Shown: positions 27,555-36,771 of the stretch, piece by piece
Layout: each line of letters opens with the position of its first letter
How positions within the stretch are numbered: the first letter of the stretch is position 1
Virus record (IMG/VR): IMGVR_UViG_3300007522_000367
Location: 1 to 64,000 of that record
Length of the DNA stretch: 64,000 nt
Strand: one strand, 5' to 3'
From: a virus
Position numbers and translations under genes: made by a program
Notes under the pieces: model-generated
The model's database searches: none
Seen by the model: the letters and a program-made list of their open reading frames with translations, nothing else
Told to the model about the DNA's origin: nothing

Positions 27555-28116
27555 GTTAAAAGTGTTAGACAAGTCGCATTTACTCGACATATTAAAATTA
27601 AACAACGATAGTAAAAAAGTGTATGGTAGTACTAAAACTTCCTTGTACAATCGCGAATACGAAAACTGGATAATCGAAATTCTAAATTTTAATAATAAAG
27701 AGTCTGAGATACTAGGAATATTTAATGAAGGAAACGAATTAATACAGTATGCGTTATATTATCACATAAGTACATGGCCTGCTGTTGTAGTAGACCATTG
27801 GCGTAGCTCAACTGCTCACAAACATAAAGGTGTATTAGCAGCAACAGAATGGACTAAAATGTTTGCTGAATACATAGCAAAAAAAGACATATTTGTTTGG
27901 TACATTGTTGTTGAAAAAGATATGTGGGATAGATACACTACGCTACAAAAAGATCGATTCAACAAAGAACCTCCAAATTATAGATTTTTATTAGAAGAAG
28001 TTCCGGCAGGTGAAAGAAGCAAGTTTTTATCGTTTAATACATACTTATTAAAAAATCAAACATATGATAAAGCCATGTATGTATTTCAAATGGTAAATAA
28101 AGATAAATATTACTAG
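27547..28116 (+). CDS. Hypothetical protein, possibly GNAT-like fold
   Basis: LKVLDKSHLLDI...ILGIF..GNELI pattern resembles a GNAT N-terminus; GGAGG SD. Confidence 0.45.
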   Translation: MFKLKVLDKSHLLDILKLNNDSKKVYGSTKTSLYNREYENWIIEILNFNNKESEILGIFNEGNELIQYALYYHISTWPAVVVDHWRSSTAHKHKGVLAATEWTKMFAEYIAKKDIFVWYIVVEKDMWDRYTTLQKDRFNKEPPNYRFLLEEVPAGERSKFLSFNTYLLKNQTYDKAMYVFQMVNKDKYY

Positions 28117-28125
28117 GAGATAATT

Positions 28126-28536
28126 ATGCAAAAACATACTATAAAAGTTGAAATACCGACAACAGTAACTACCCACTTACAATGTCAGATCGCAGTATTA
28201 GACATGCTAGGCGAACAAGGCGGTAAAGACTTCACTAATCTTATTATTAAATATAAACACAATGGAGATATTTGGTTCTATAACTTAGATATCCAAGCCG
28301 AAGGTGATCAAAAATTTATGTATGCAACACGAGTCTTTGATTCAGCAAAAGCTAAAGAATCCTTTGTCACCGAAGCTGCTGAGTATTTTAGCGGTATTGG
28401 TGCAACAGTAGTAAGTGACGAAGCAATAACGTTCGAAGCGTTTGCCGCATATGCTGCTGACAAAAATGAATCTATAGGTATTCCGGCTAAGTTTGCGCCG
28501 CCTGGTACGGAGCCACATCCAGAGGAATTGGAGTAA
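28126..28536 (+). CDS. Hypothetical protein
   Basis: Strong AGGAG SD; 136 aa. Confidence 0.7.
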   Translation: MQKHTIKVEIPTTVTTHLQCQIAVLDMLGEQGGKDFTNLIIKYKHNGDIWFYNLDIQAEGDQKFMYATRVFDSAKAKESFVTEAAEYFSGIGATVVSDEAITFEAFAAYAADKNESIGIPAKFAPPGTEPHPEELE

Positions 28537-29236
28537 GAACAATATAGTTGGGCCTAGTAGGCTGTGTGATTGCGTTATTTGTTTTATTATAACAAACGAA
28601 TAATACATTCCTATCTACTTCACTAGTATTACGCCCGCTGTAGTGCAATGTATTTGCATGCATACATATTACGTCTCCTGCCTTGCCAGTCAACTGTATC
28701 GCACTACAATTAGTCTTAGACACCATATCGTCGTCAAGTATTCCTTGCGATTCATCAGCACTATGCTTTATGGTCCACTTAGAGTCGTTAATTTTTGGTA
28801 CCGGTAAGTTTTGACTTTTTTCTAAAACAGTTAACGGACCATTGTTTTTTGTCATATCATCAAGTAAAAACAATACGCTGATAGCATCAGGATTGTTCAT
28901 TCCATCAAAATTTTTCCAATATGTGTAGTCACTATGCCAAGCATATTCGCCGCCAGTTTGTGCTTTTTTATAATTAATATGACATTGGTGAATGTATATG
29001 TCTTGTCCTAATATTTCTTTAACAAAATCAATTACATTGTTATTATAGATAAACTCATTTATTGTCTTGCTCTTCCAATGCGGCGCAAATAAACTTCTAA
29101 TTGTATTGTTGTCTTCTATAATGTAAGTTTCATCTAATGGTTCGTTTTCTAAACGGATAGCTTCTTTTTTTAATTCCGTTGCATCAAATACCTCTTTCAA
29201 AATTAAATATCCGGTTTGTAAATATCCGTTGATCAT
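28487..29236 (-). CDS. Fe(II)/2-oxoglutarate dioxygenase, PhyH/ectoine-hydroxylase family
   Basis: YIHQCHINYK, WHSDYTYW, NGPL, GDVICMHANTLHYS..N...R. Confidence 0.88.
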   Translation of the reverse strand: MINGYLQTGYLILKEVFDATELKKEAIRLENEPLDETYIIEDNNTIRSLFAPHWKSKTINEFIYNNNVIDFVKEILGQDIYIHQCHINYKKAQTGGEYAWHSDYTYWKNFDGMNNPDAISVLFLLDDMTKNNGPLTVLEKSQNLPVPKINDSKWTIKHSADESQGILDDDMVSKTNCSAIQLTGKAGDVICMHANTLHYSGRNTSEVDRNVLFVCYNKTNNAITQPTRPNYIVLTPIPLDVAPYQAAQT

Positions 29237-30099
29237 TTTTCTACCTCTAATAGTTTTGTTAATTTGTGTGCTTCTAATGTAAAGACACCATTATGATATT
29301 TTTTCAAGTCATCAAATTTTTTAAGAACTTCATTCATTAACGGTGTTTTCTCAATTTCTTCCCATCCTGTATATTTTGGACGATCATTAAATGTATAATG
29401 TTTTGAATATATTATAGGCTTACTAGTTCGTGTACTTAGCTTGCCCGGGTGCTTATTGGCTATAAGTTCCCGCACTCTAGGCTCTTGTAAAAAGCTCAAT
29501 GTCATTTCAGGAGTGTATCTTAAAAAATCTGGAGTACCGTCTATGCTTTCATTAGCATACCATTTCATGTAGCTATTTACTCGTTCAGTTTCTTCATACG
29601 TCCATATTGAATCAAAGTTTTTAAGGTAAGGCTCGCCATTTGCCATAACAATAGTCCCATCTAATTGTAAAATTCCATACATGATGCTAGGTATTTGGTA
29701 TGCGCAACACTTTACACTATTAGCAATGTCGAATATTTTTTTAGAACTTATAAATTTTTCAATATCAACATTAACTACTATAGGTGTAATATTGTGTAAT
29801 TTACAATAATCAAACGCAAATGCAGTATCGTGTGCGTTATAATGTCCGTAACTTATTATGGCAGTCTTAAAAGGAACTTTTGCTGTCTTAAAAACATTTA
29901 ACATAAATTCACTGTCAAGTCCTCCACTAAACATTAATGTTATAGGAGAAGACGAATTTTCATAGAGTATTTGAGCTGCAAAAACAGCTTCGTCATGAAA
30001 GTTTTTTATATCACTACGGGTACATTTTTTAATGTTTACTGACCAACTATCACCTGTTCCGCTAGTTGTAAAATAATCATTATACGTTGTTGCTGTCAT
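29233..30099 (-). CDS. PP-loop (adenine nucleotide alpha-hydrolase) ATPase, asparagine-synthetase-like synthetase domain
   Basis: LMFSGGLDSE; K..IY......RPKYTGWE. Confidence 0.65.
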   Translation of the reverse strand: MTATTYNDYFTTSGTGDSWSVNIKKCTRSDIKNFHDEAVFAAQILYENSSSPITLMFSGGLDSEFMLNVFKTAKVPFKTAIISYGHYNAHDTAFAFDYCKLHNITPIVVNVDIEKFISSKKIFDIANSVKCCAYQIPSIMYGILQLDGTIVMANGEPYLKNFDSIWTYEETERVNSYMKWYANESIDGTPDFLRYTPEMTLSFLQEPRVRELIANKHPGKLSTRTSKPIIYSKHYTFNDRPKYTGWEEIEKTPLMNEVLKKFDDLKKYHNGVFTLEAHKLTKLLEVEK

Positions 30100-30119
30100 A
30101 CTTACCTCATAAATACGTT

Positions 30120-30791
30120 ATGAATCATTTTAAACCTATCAATTTTGATTTTGACCAAGAACAAATCTATAACGATCTTGTAAACATGGATATCTTTGAT
30201 AAAAGTTTTCTTGCTACAGTTATTTACAACAATGGTCGTAGCAAGTACGACCAAGATGGCTTTTTTAACGAGTACAACGACGTTGTACACTATAACGAAA
30301 ATAAAGAAATAGTTAACGGAAAATTTAATACATTTGTGACTTATAACTTTACACACTTACCCGGAATTGAAGAAACTAACAACAATAGTTTTATAGATAC
30401 TCCTGAAGGAAGACGGCCTATATGGCAAGTGTATGATACAGCATGGGAGTGGAAAAAGGATACTCCAAAATCACTTAAGGCTGTAGTAGAACAATTAAAT
30501 TTAAAATATATAAGCTGTGTGAGATTAGTAGGACAAACTCCTCCTAGTAAAGGAATTGTACATGTAGATTCAGGAATAAAAGATAATTTAAAATATTATC
30601 GAAACGGAGGTGTAAGTATTACACTAAACGTATCTGACGGAGGAGGTAATTTACAATTTAAGTCTCCTGGAGGATTAGAAACTGTAGACGAAAGTAAACA
30701 TAAAGCATGGCACTTTAATGATGCGTTGCCGCACTGTACAACTGAAATTACTAGTCCTAGAATACAAGTAAGAGTGTTTGGAAAACAATGA
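30120..30791 (+). CDS. DSBH Fe(II)/2OG oxygenase-like protein
   Basis: VHVD...ITLN...FNDALPH...RIQV; ATAAATA 4 nt upstream of the ATG. Confidence 0.65.
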   Translation: MNHFKPINFDFDQEQIYNDLVNMDIFDKSFLATVIYNNGRSKYDQDGFFNEYNDVVHYNENKEIVNGKFNTFVTYNFTHLPGIEETNNNSFIDTPEGRRPIWQVYDTAWEWKKDTPKSLKAVVEQLNLKYISCVRLVGQTPPSKGIVHVDSGIKDNLKYYRNGGVSITLNVSDGGGNLQFKSPGGLETVDESKHKAWHFNDALPHCTTEITSPRIQVRVFGKQ

Positions 30792-31402
30792 CAGTATTAT
30801 ACACACCTTTAGACTTACCTACACTAGACTTTAATAGAGAAGAATTTATAAAGTGGCACGAAGAAAAGCGTCATAAGAATAGAGATAATATCAATTACGA
30901 TAAAAAAAACTTCATTGCTCCGTGGCTAGTTAGCCTTGCATATCACGTCGACTACGGCTGGTGTAATAGATTTTTAAAAGTTATTCCTAATTTTCAAGAC
31001 ATACTGTATAATCATTTACCATATACTGATATTACATATGTTAACTTCTTAGAACAAAAGATTCCTTGTCAGTTACACCAAGATGTAGGATCAAGACCAG
31101 ATAGAGAAAACGAGCCAGGTGCGTATAAAGCATTTATAGTATATGATGCTCCGTTAATGTATTTTCAAGAAGGTAAAACTAAAGATACAATTAAAGAAGA
31201 AAAGTTATATATTAATCATCCAACTCACTTAACAAAGTGGTTTGCAATTAACAATTACGATGCATATCATGCAGCTGATTTACCGCAAGAAGGACAGCGT
31301 AAGATTATCATGACAATACTTGGTAAATTAGATAAAGAAAAACATGCAACTATACTGGAGCGCAGTTTATCCAAATACAAAGATTACATAATAGAAATTT
31401 AA
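30788..31402 (+). CDS. DSBH Fe(II)/2OG oxygenase-like protein
   Basis: LHQD...NNYDAYHAA...RKII. Confidence 0.6.
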   Translation: MTVLYTPLDLPTLDFNREEFIKWHEEKRHKNRDNINYDKKNFIAPWLVSLAYHVDYGWCNRFLKVIPNFQDILYNHLPYTDITYVNFLEQKIPCQLHQDVGSRPDRENEPGAYKAFIVYDAPLMYFQEGKTKDTIKEEKLYINHPTHLTKWFAINNYDAYHAADLPQEGQRKIIMTILGKLDKEKHATILERSLSKYKDYIIEI

Positions 31403-31968
31403 ACTAACAACTCGCCCGCAGTGTACATATCATAAATTTTTTCAAATGTCCATGCTTCTTTAAAACTTATTGTTAAAATGTATCTATCTTCTAATGACGT
31501 ATTAGTAACACCGTGAATTTCTTGTGTATTAAAACAAATAGGAACATTATAACTAACTTGATAATCTAATTCAGCGTCAGGATAAACCATGCCGCCACCG
31601 CGATGTTCTTCATTGTCATTTAGGGCAACTGCCGGAACACCAATAGAAGGTTTGTAAAAATCTAGATAACTATGTTTAAAGTCTCCTTTTAAAGGAACAT
31701 TAATTGTTACATACCTATGATGATCAGTATGCGGCATAACAACACCCATTTTCCCTACCTTGTTAAGTTCCATCTTAAAGAACAAGTCTTTAGGATTTTT
31801 AAATTTCTTTGCTAACGGTAATATAAGTTCTCTATTAGGAAGAAGACCAATGTATAATTTGAATCTGCCCCTTCCGTAAGAAGACCAACTATCTGTATTT
31901 ACAGCATAGTCTATTAGCTCTTTAGTCTCTTCTTTTATTATAAAGTCCGTTAATAGAAAATGTTTCAT
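31399..31968 (-). CDS. DSBH Fe(II)/2OG oxygenase-like protein
   Basis: PHTD...INVPL...FNTQEIHGV.N...RYIL. Confidence 0.7.
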   Translation of the reverse strand: MKHFLLTDFIIKEETKELIDYAVNTDSWSSYGRGRFKLYIGLLPNRELILPLAKKFKNPKDLFFKMELNKVGKMGVVMPHTDHHRYVTINVPLKGDFKHSYLDFYKPSIGVPAVALNDNEEHRGGGMVYPDAELDYQVSYNVPICFNTQEIHGVTNTSLEDRYILTISFKEAWTFEKIYDMYTAGELLV

Positions 31969-31976
31969 GAAAATAT

Positions 31977-33446
31977 TTAGTACAAATTATTTTTAATATA
32001 TGTTGTTATAAGTTCTTGTTTTTTTTCTCTTAACATTTTAGCAGGCAGTTTATTTCGCAATCCTTGATGCTTAGAATAATGATCATCTAAGTCTAATCCT
32101 AAGCTAGTAACGCCGCCACAACTCCATCCAGCAACTTTCTGATATTCGTCGTCCATGTTACGTAAATCTTCAGCAAGTCTTCCTGCACCAATTGCATTCA
32201 TTTGATCGTTTTTCCAAACAGTCATCCAAGCATTTGTTTTACGAGCAATCGTTGTTTTTAATAAACGCTTTTCATGATGGACTTTATAACCAAATTTTTC
32301 AGGATTTCTATCAATAGGTGAATGATACTCGTGGTGTTCTTTTGAATGTATTAGCAACGGATACCAATACCACAAATCAATGTTAGGATCTGCTACTACT
32401 CGCTCTCTACTCGCTCTAATATTTTCTTCACTTTGATGTGGAAGTCCAACAATAAGATTAATTTGTATTTTTACTCGATCTTTGCTTTTTTGTTTCATAG
32501 AAGCAATAGCATCAAGTACTTTGTCTATATCTGCACCTTTTTGAATTGCTTGTCTAGTTTCTTTATTATAACTTTCTACACCAAAACTTGCGCCACGGAG
32601 TCCGCTTTCAATAAGTAAATCTATTTGATCGGGCCATCGCACTAATAGCTCAGGTTTAATATAAGTGTCAAAGTTAATTTTAAAAGGTAGGCTTGTAATT
32701 ACTTCATGCATTAATTCTAGTTTAACCATACTATCATTATATGTGTCATCCATGAACCAATAATTAGTTGTACCAAATTGTTCATAGTTACGCATAAACT
32801 CCGCATACATATCTTCTTTAGCACGAATATAATCAAATTTGTTTTTATTGTTTAATGGGAAATTGCAAAAGGCACAATTAAAAATACAGCCCCTTGCAAT
32901 TTCCATAGGTAAACTTTGCTGTGCGGTGATGCCGTCTTCAGGCTTCCATATTACTGGAATGTTGCTAATGTCTTTTTTATCGTAATTATGATTGCTGTCA
33001 ACAATCTTTTTGCCGTTAAAATCTTTAAAGATCAAATTAGTATCTTTTCCTGCAAGGTAATTTGTAATAGCAACAGTTGCATCATCTGCGTATCCAGTAA
33101 CAAATATATCAGCAAAATCTAAAAATTCAACCATTCCTTTGGCACCGCCTATAACAAATGGAACATTAAAGCGGTTTCTCAAATTAGTGTAAAACTTATT
33201 GTTATCTTGCAATAGCTCACTAGTGTTAAAAAATGTAGTACTAAATCCTACCCAAAGCGTTTCTTTGCTTACATACTTTTCAAATGCAAGTTCGATATCT
33301 TCTTCTGTTAAACTTTGAAAATAATCAATAACTTTTACTGAATATCCTTGCTGTTCTAGTTCTGTTCTAATGCGATAAGCACCAATGGATCTAAAATAAG
33401 TAGTTGAGCCTAAGTCAATGCCTGTAAATATTATTGCATGATACAT
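31977..33446 (-). CDS. Radical SAM enzyme with B12-binding-like N-domain (class B methylase-like)
   Basis: EIARGCIFNCAFC, FMDDTYN, FGVES, LIVGLP. Confidence 0.85.
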   Translation of the reverse strand: MYHAIIFTGIDLGSTTYFRSIGAYRIRTELEQQGYSVKVIDYFQSLTEEDIELAFEKYVSKETLWVGFSTTFFNTSELLQDNNKFYTNLRNRFNVPFVIGGAKGMVEFLDFADIFVTGYADDATVAITNYLAGKDTNLIFKDFNGKKIVDSNHNYDKKDISNIPVIWKPEDGITAQQSLPMEIARGCIFNCAFCNFPLNNKNKFDYIRAKEDMYAEFMRNYEQFGTTNYWFMDDTYNDSMVKLELMHEVITSLPFKINFDTYIKPELLVRWPDQIDLLIESGLRGASFGVESYNKETRQAIQKGADIDKVLDAIASMKQKSKDRVKIQINLIVGLPHQSEENIRASRERVVADPNIDLWYWYPLLIHSKEHHEYHSPIDRNPEKFGYKVHHEKRLLKTTIARKTNAWMTVWKNDQMNAIGAGRLAEDLRNMDDEYQKVAGWSCGGVTSLGLDLDDHYSKHQGLRNKLPAKMLREKKQELITTYIKNNLY

Positions 33447-34199
33447 TTATAGTTTTACCAGCTTGATTACCCATGCACTAGGATCAAGCTCCCACCAACG
33501 ATGTTGAAAATTCCAGCGACCGGGTTTTGCGTGATGATTGTTATGCCATCCTTCTCCCCAAGTAATTACTGCTAGCCACCATGTGTTTCGACTATCTTCT
33601 TTTGTTACAAAGTTTTTGTATCCCCACATATGATTACCATAGTTACTTAGTACACTTGCCCATATTTGTATTCCCATAGGAATAATTCCGCCAAATATTA
33701 ACACATTAACTCCGCCTAACACAAACAATACTGCACACCATATTAATAATATCAAGTAATAATAGTTATGCAACACCAAATGGAACCTGTCTGTAATTAA
33801 TCTACGCACTGCCCATTTGTTCATTTCAAAATTGTACTTGGGTATTAGTACATTCCATAGTCCTAGGTGAGGACCGTGCGGATCACCTTCTTTGTCGCTG
33901 TGCGTATGATGCTGATTATGCACTGCGACCCATCCGATACTACTTCCAGTGCCGCCGATTGCTCCAAAGAATGTAAACAAATACTCCATCCATTTATAAC
34001 AAAACTTAAAACTGTTATGTGTAAGGTAGCGATGAAATGTTATTGTGATCCCTAAACACCCTGTTAAGAAATATACGGCCAAACTAAGTAACCACCAGTG
34101 TGTAGATGGGGCAAAAAATACCATATACTCAATCATTGCTGTTGCAACTGCTTGAATGTATGGAAAATACGACGTGTTTGCTCTAAATAAGTTCTTCAT
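33447..34199 (-). CDS. Membrane fatty-acid desaturase (delta-9-like), second copy
   Basis: HRYLTH, HNQHH, GEGWHNNHH, WWELD. Confidence 0.92.
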   Translation of the reverse strand: MKNLFRANTSYFPYIQAVATAMIEYMVFFAPSTHWWLLSLAVYFLTGCLGITITFHRYLTHNSFKFCYKWMEYLFTFFGAIGGTGSSIGWVAVHNQHHTHSDKEGDPHGPHLGLWNVLIPKYNFEMNKWAVRRLITDRFHLVLHNYYYLILLIWCAVLFVLGGVNVLIFGGIIPMGIQIWASVLSNYGNHMWGYKNFVTKEDSRNTWWLAVITWGEGWHNNHHAKPGRWNFQHRWWELDPSAWVIKLVKL

Positions 34200-34202
34200 A
34201 CT

Positions 34203-35054
34203 CTATTTATCAACCTCTATATTGCCTATAAATTCTTTTGATAATATATCACCGTCTAACAACATGTCGAACGGATGTTTTTTTCCAAAAAACTCATTTT
34301 TCACCCAAGCATTTTCTTCAGGAATATAATCTAACCAAGGACTACATCCTATTATTAAATTTGTTCTTGTATTTTCTGTGCGATCATTTGCAAATACTCT
34401 ATGTGCAATATTAGTGTCCCAACTGTATATATTTCCTAACTCAAGATTATAAGGTTGTACATTATCCATTTCAAAGTAAAATTCTTTACTTGTAGTAATA
34501 GGAATATTAAGTCTTAAGTTTACAAATATTTCTTCATCTCTGTGCCAACCAGCCTTAGGATCGTTAGGTTGCTCACTTGCTATAATAGTGCTTATCCTGC
34601 TTCTTACTACTGTACGCTTAATATTTGATAAGAATTTACCAAGTTCGCCTTCTAAACTACATGCAGTTGGTTTTATAAATCCGTAGGTGTCGTAATAACT
34701 GTCTTTTAAGTAAGAATAATTGTGAGTTTGATTATAAAAGAACTCACCTGGAATATTCTTCGGAGTGCCAACACTACTATAATTTTCATCCAAGTTATCT
34801 TGATGGTTAGGATTGTATCGCAAGCTAAGACTTTTATAATAACTTGTATTTTGAGTTTTAGTTTGCCAACCTATTGGCTTGTATTTTTCTAATACATCTG
34901 CAACAGATAGTTGTAATGATTCTAAATTATAGTTTAATTTTACACTAACATTTTTTACGTCAGTATTTATTAAATTGCTGTTCATTCTTGTAACTCTGTA
35001 CAACCATTCATGTACTGTAGAACTGTCGGGACACAATGACACTGGATATATCAT
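34203..35054 (-). CDS. Asp/Asn beta-hydroxylase-like oxygenase
   Basis: RSRI...WHRD...RLNIPI...WDTNIAHRV...R. Confidence 0.7.
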   Translation of the reverse strand: MIYPVSLCPDSSTVHEWLYRVTRMNSNLINTDVKNVSVKLNYNLESLQLSVADVLEKYKPIGWQTKTQNTSYYKSLSLRYNPNHQDNLDENYSSVGTPKNIPGEFFYNQTHNYSYLKDSYYDTYGFIKPTACSLEGELGKFLSNIKRTVVRSRISTIIASEQPNDPKAGWHRDEEIFVNLRLNIPITTSKEFYFEMDNVQPYNLELGNIYSWDTNIAHRVFANDRTENTRTNLIIGCSPWLDYIPEENAWVKNEFFGKKHPFDMLLDGDILSKEFIGNIEVDK

Positions 35055-35626
35055 TGTTTGCTCCGCTTATATAATGCTATATCGAGTTCTGCAACTAGTT
35101 GTCTAGTGTATTGTATTTCTTTAGGCTCGTCGTACCATTTTAAATTTTGGTAAATTTCTCTCGGGCCGCCAAATGTGCTTGCACGACCTTGGCTCATGCG
35201 TTTTAGAAAATTTACAAGTTTATGATTGTATGTATTAAACGTTAGCCATACTTTACTATACCCTTGATTTTCTGCCCAGTCTATTTGCTTAGGGAATATA
35301 GTCCTTGCCTGGCACCAATGGCCACCACCGCGATAGTCAGGGTGTGTAAAGGCACGTACTCCTATAATAGGAATATCATTGTATACATATGCTCCGCTCA
35401 TTGCAATCGGTCTATCTTTGTCACTGACAATATTAAATATTTCAAATCGTTTTTTAATATAAAATAAACGTAACAACGTGTGCGGTTTATTTTGCCAATC
35501 ACTTATGTCATAATTGGCGTAAGCAGGTTCCTGCAGGTAATAAGCATCCTCACAAAGTTTTATTAGTTTGATATGCTGTTCTTCTGTAATAGTATCAGGT
35601 GTAAAAGTATCAACGTAATAGTTCAT
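35051..35626 (-). CDS. GNAT-family N-acyltransferase-like protein
   Basis: RAFTHPDYRGG motif A; AGGAG SD before ATG 35626. Confidence 0.65.
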   Translation of the reverse strand: MNYYVDTFTPDTITEEQHIKLIKLCEDAYYLQEPAYANYDISDWQNKPHTLLRLFYIKKRFEIFNIVSDKDRPIAMSGAYVYNDIPIIGVRAFTHPDYRGGGHWCQARTIFPKQIDWAENQGYSKVWLTFNTYNHKLVNFLKRMSQGRASTFGGPREIYQNLKWYDEPKEIQYTRQLVAELDIALYKRSKQ

Positions 35627-35703
35627 TTTTTGCACTCCTATAGTCATTAATGGTCTGCATTTGTTAATCGCGGCCAAGGTAGTTCTACAAAATATTCAGG
35701 CAT
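35610..35703 (-). pseudogene. Possible internally deleted gene remnant
   Basis: Coupled start MPEYFVELPWPRL..., then an out-of-frame tail ...NDYRSAKNELLR* overlapping the next gene. Confidence 0.35.
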
Positions 35704-36277
35704 ATTTTTTCATACCTTCGTATGTAACTGGTTCTTTTCCTCTAATATGTACCGTATACCTAAAATCGCATACAGTTTCTTTCCATTTATAATGCCAAGA
35801 AGGGTCTGTAGGCACCATAAAGGCTTGACCTTTTGGAACTAATTTATGATACTCATCATTTAGCGTATCATATGCTTCTAGGGGAGATTCAACAAATCCT
35901 CCTTGGATAGGAACTATAATGTCATATGTTCTAACGATACCGTTTGGACCATCTATTTCTGGATGTTGCATCAATGGACGCCATTCTGACTGGTATCCAT
36001 TTCTACTACGTTTTATGTTTAATGTATACCATAACTTTTTAGGTCCTAACGAAAGCCCTTCGACAAGGTCCTTTATAGCATCACACTGTAATAGATCATA
36101 ATCATTTTGTAACAGTGTCCAAAAACACCAGGCATCTTTTCTATTAGGATTTATCTCTTTAGTAGTATATTCTTGAAACCCTTGCCCTCGCCAATATTCT
36201 TCAGGCACAGACTCAATAAACTCTTTGATAGATTCTGCTTGTATTTTAATTTTAGGAAAATAATAAAACGGATACAT
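35696..36277 (-). CDS. DSBH oxygenase-like protein (HxE variant)
   Basis: QHPE...IIVPI...SWHY...RYTV; AGGAG SD and TAATG coupling. Confidence 0.5.
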   Translation of the reverse strand: MYPFYYFPKIKIQAESIKEFIESVPEEYWRGQGFQEYTTKEINPNRKDAWCFWTLLQNDYDLLQCDAIKDLVEGLSLGPKKLWYTLNIKRSRNGYQSEWRPLMQHPEIDGPNGIVRTYDIIVPIQGGFVESPLEAYDTLNDEYHKLVPKGQAFMVPTDPSWHYKWKETVCDFRYTVHIRGKEPVTYEGMKKYA

Positions 36278-36771
36278 TAAAATGCTCCTACAGAAATTAA
36301 TTTTTGAAACGTGTAAGGATACTTGCATTGTAGCATAAAAGCACTTCTCCATCCATCTGTATTATTTTCATAACCATGCATAACACTACAATCAAACGCT
36401 GTAGGACAGTCTGTAAGAACACTGTCTGCTTTTTCTCTATCTATGTAAAAGTCCAAAGGAGTATTATAGTTATCTAAAGGAAATAGAATATTTACAGTCC
36501 TTCTAATAGTTCCTGCTGCACTATCTTCGTGTGCTCCTACTACGCTGTGTGCTTCGGTCCTTATAAAACTACACGAATAAAAAATCTTAGGCATAACAAA
36601 TTGGTCTAATATATTTTTTATTAAAAGATTGTCCATGTTGAAAGCTGAATGTACTTGCTGTGGTACTTTTCTGCCTAATTCTGCATAACCATCCGAGTAA
36701 TTTAGACTGTTTGCAACATCTAATAAATCTTGTCTTGCATAATTTATATTTTCTAATTTTTTATAAATCAT
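36277..36771 (-). CDS. DSBH Fe(II)/2OG oxygenase-like protein
   Basis: AHED...NILFPL...FDCSVMHG..N...R. Confidence 0.65.
   Translation of the reverse strand: MIYKKLENINYARQDLLDVANSLNYSDGYAELGRKVPQQVHSAFNMDNLLIKNILDQFVMPKIFYSCSFIRTEAHSVVGAHEDSAAGTIRRTVNILFPLDNYNTPLDFYIDREKADSVLTDCPTAFDCSVMHGYENNTDGWRSAFMLQCKYPYTFQKLISVGAF

Noticed and set aside
28487-29236. Ectoine biosynthesis (ectD as an osmolyte gene)
   Set aside because: EctD-like motifs are present but there is no ectABC in the window and the signature is imperfect; only the family is called.
29233-30099. QueC (the missing preQ0 synthase)
   Set aside because: Has SGGLDS but not at the extreme N-terminus, lacks the YGQ and C-terminal CxxCxxC Zn motifs, and lies 15 kb from the dpd cluster.
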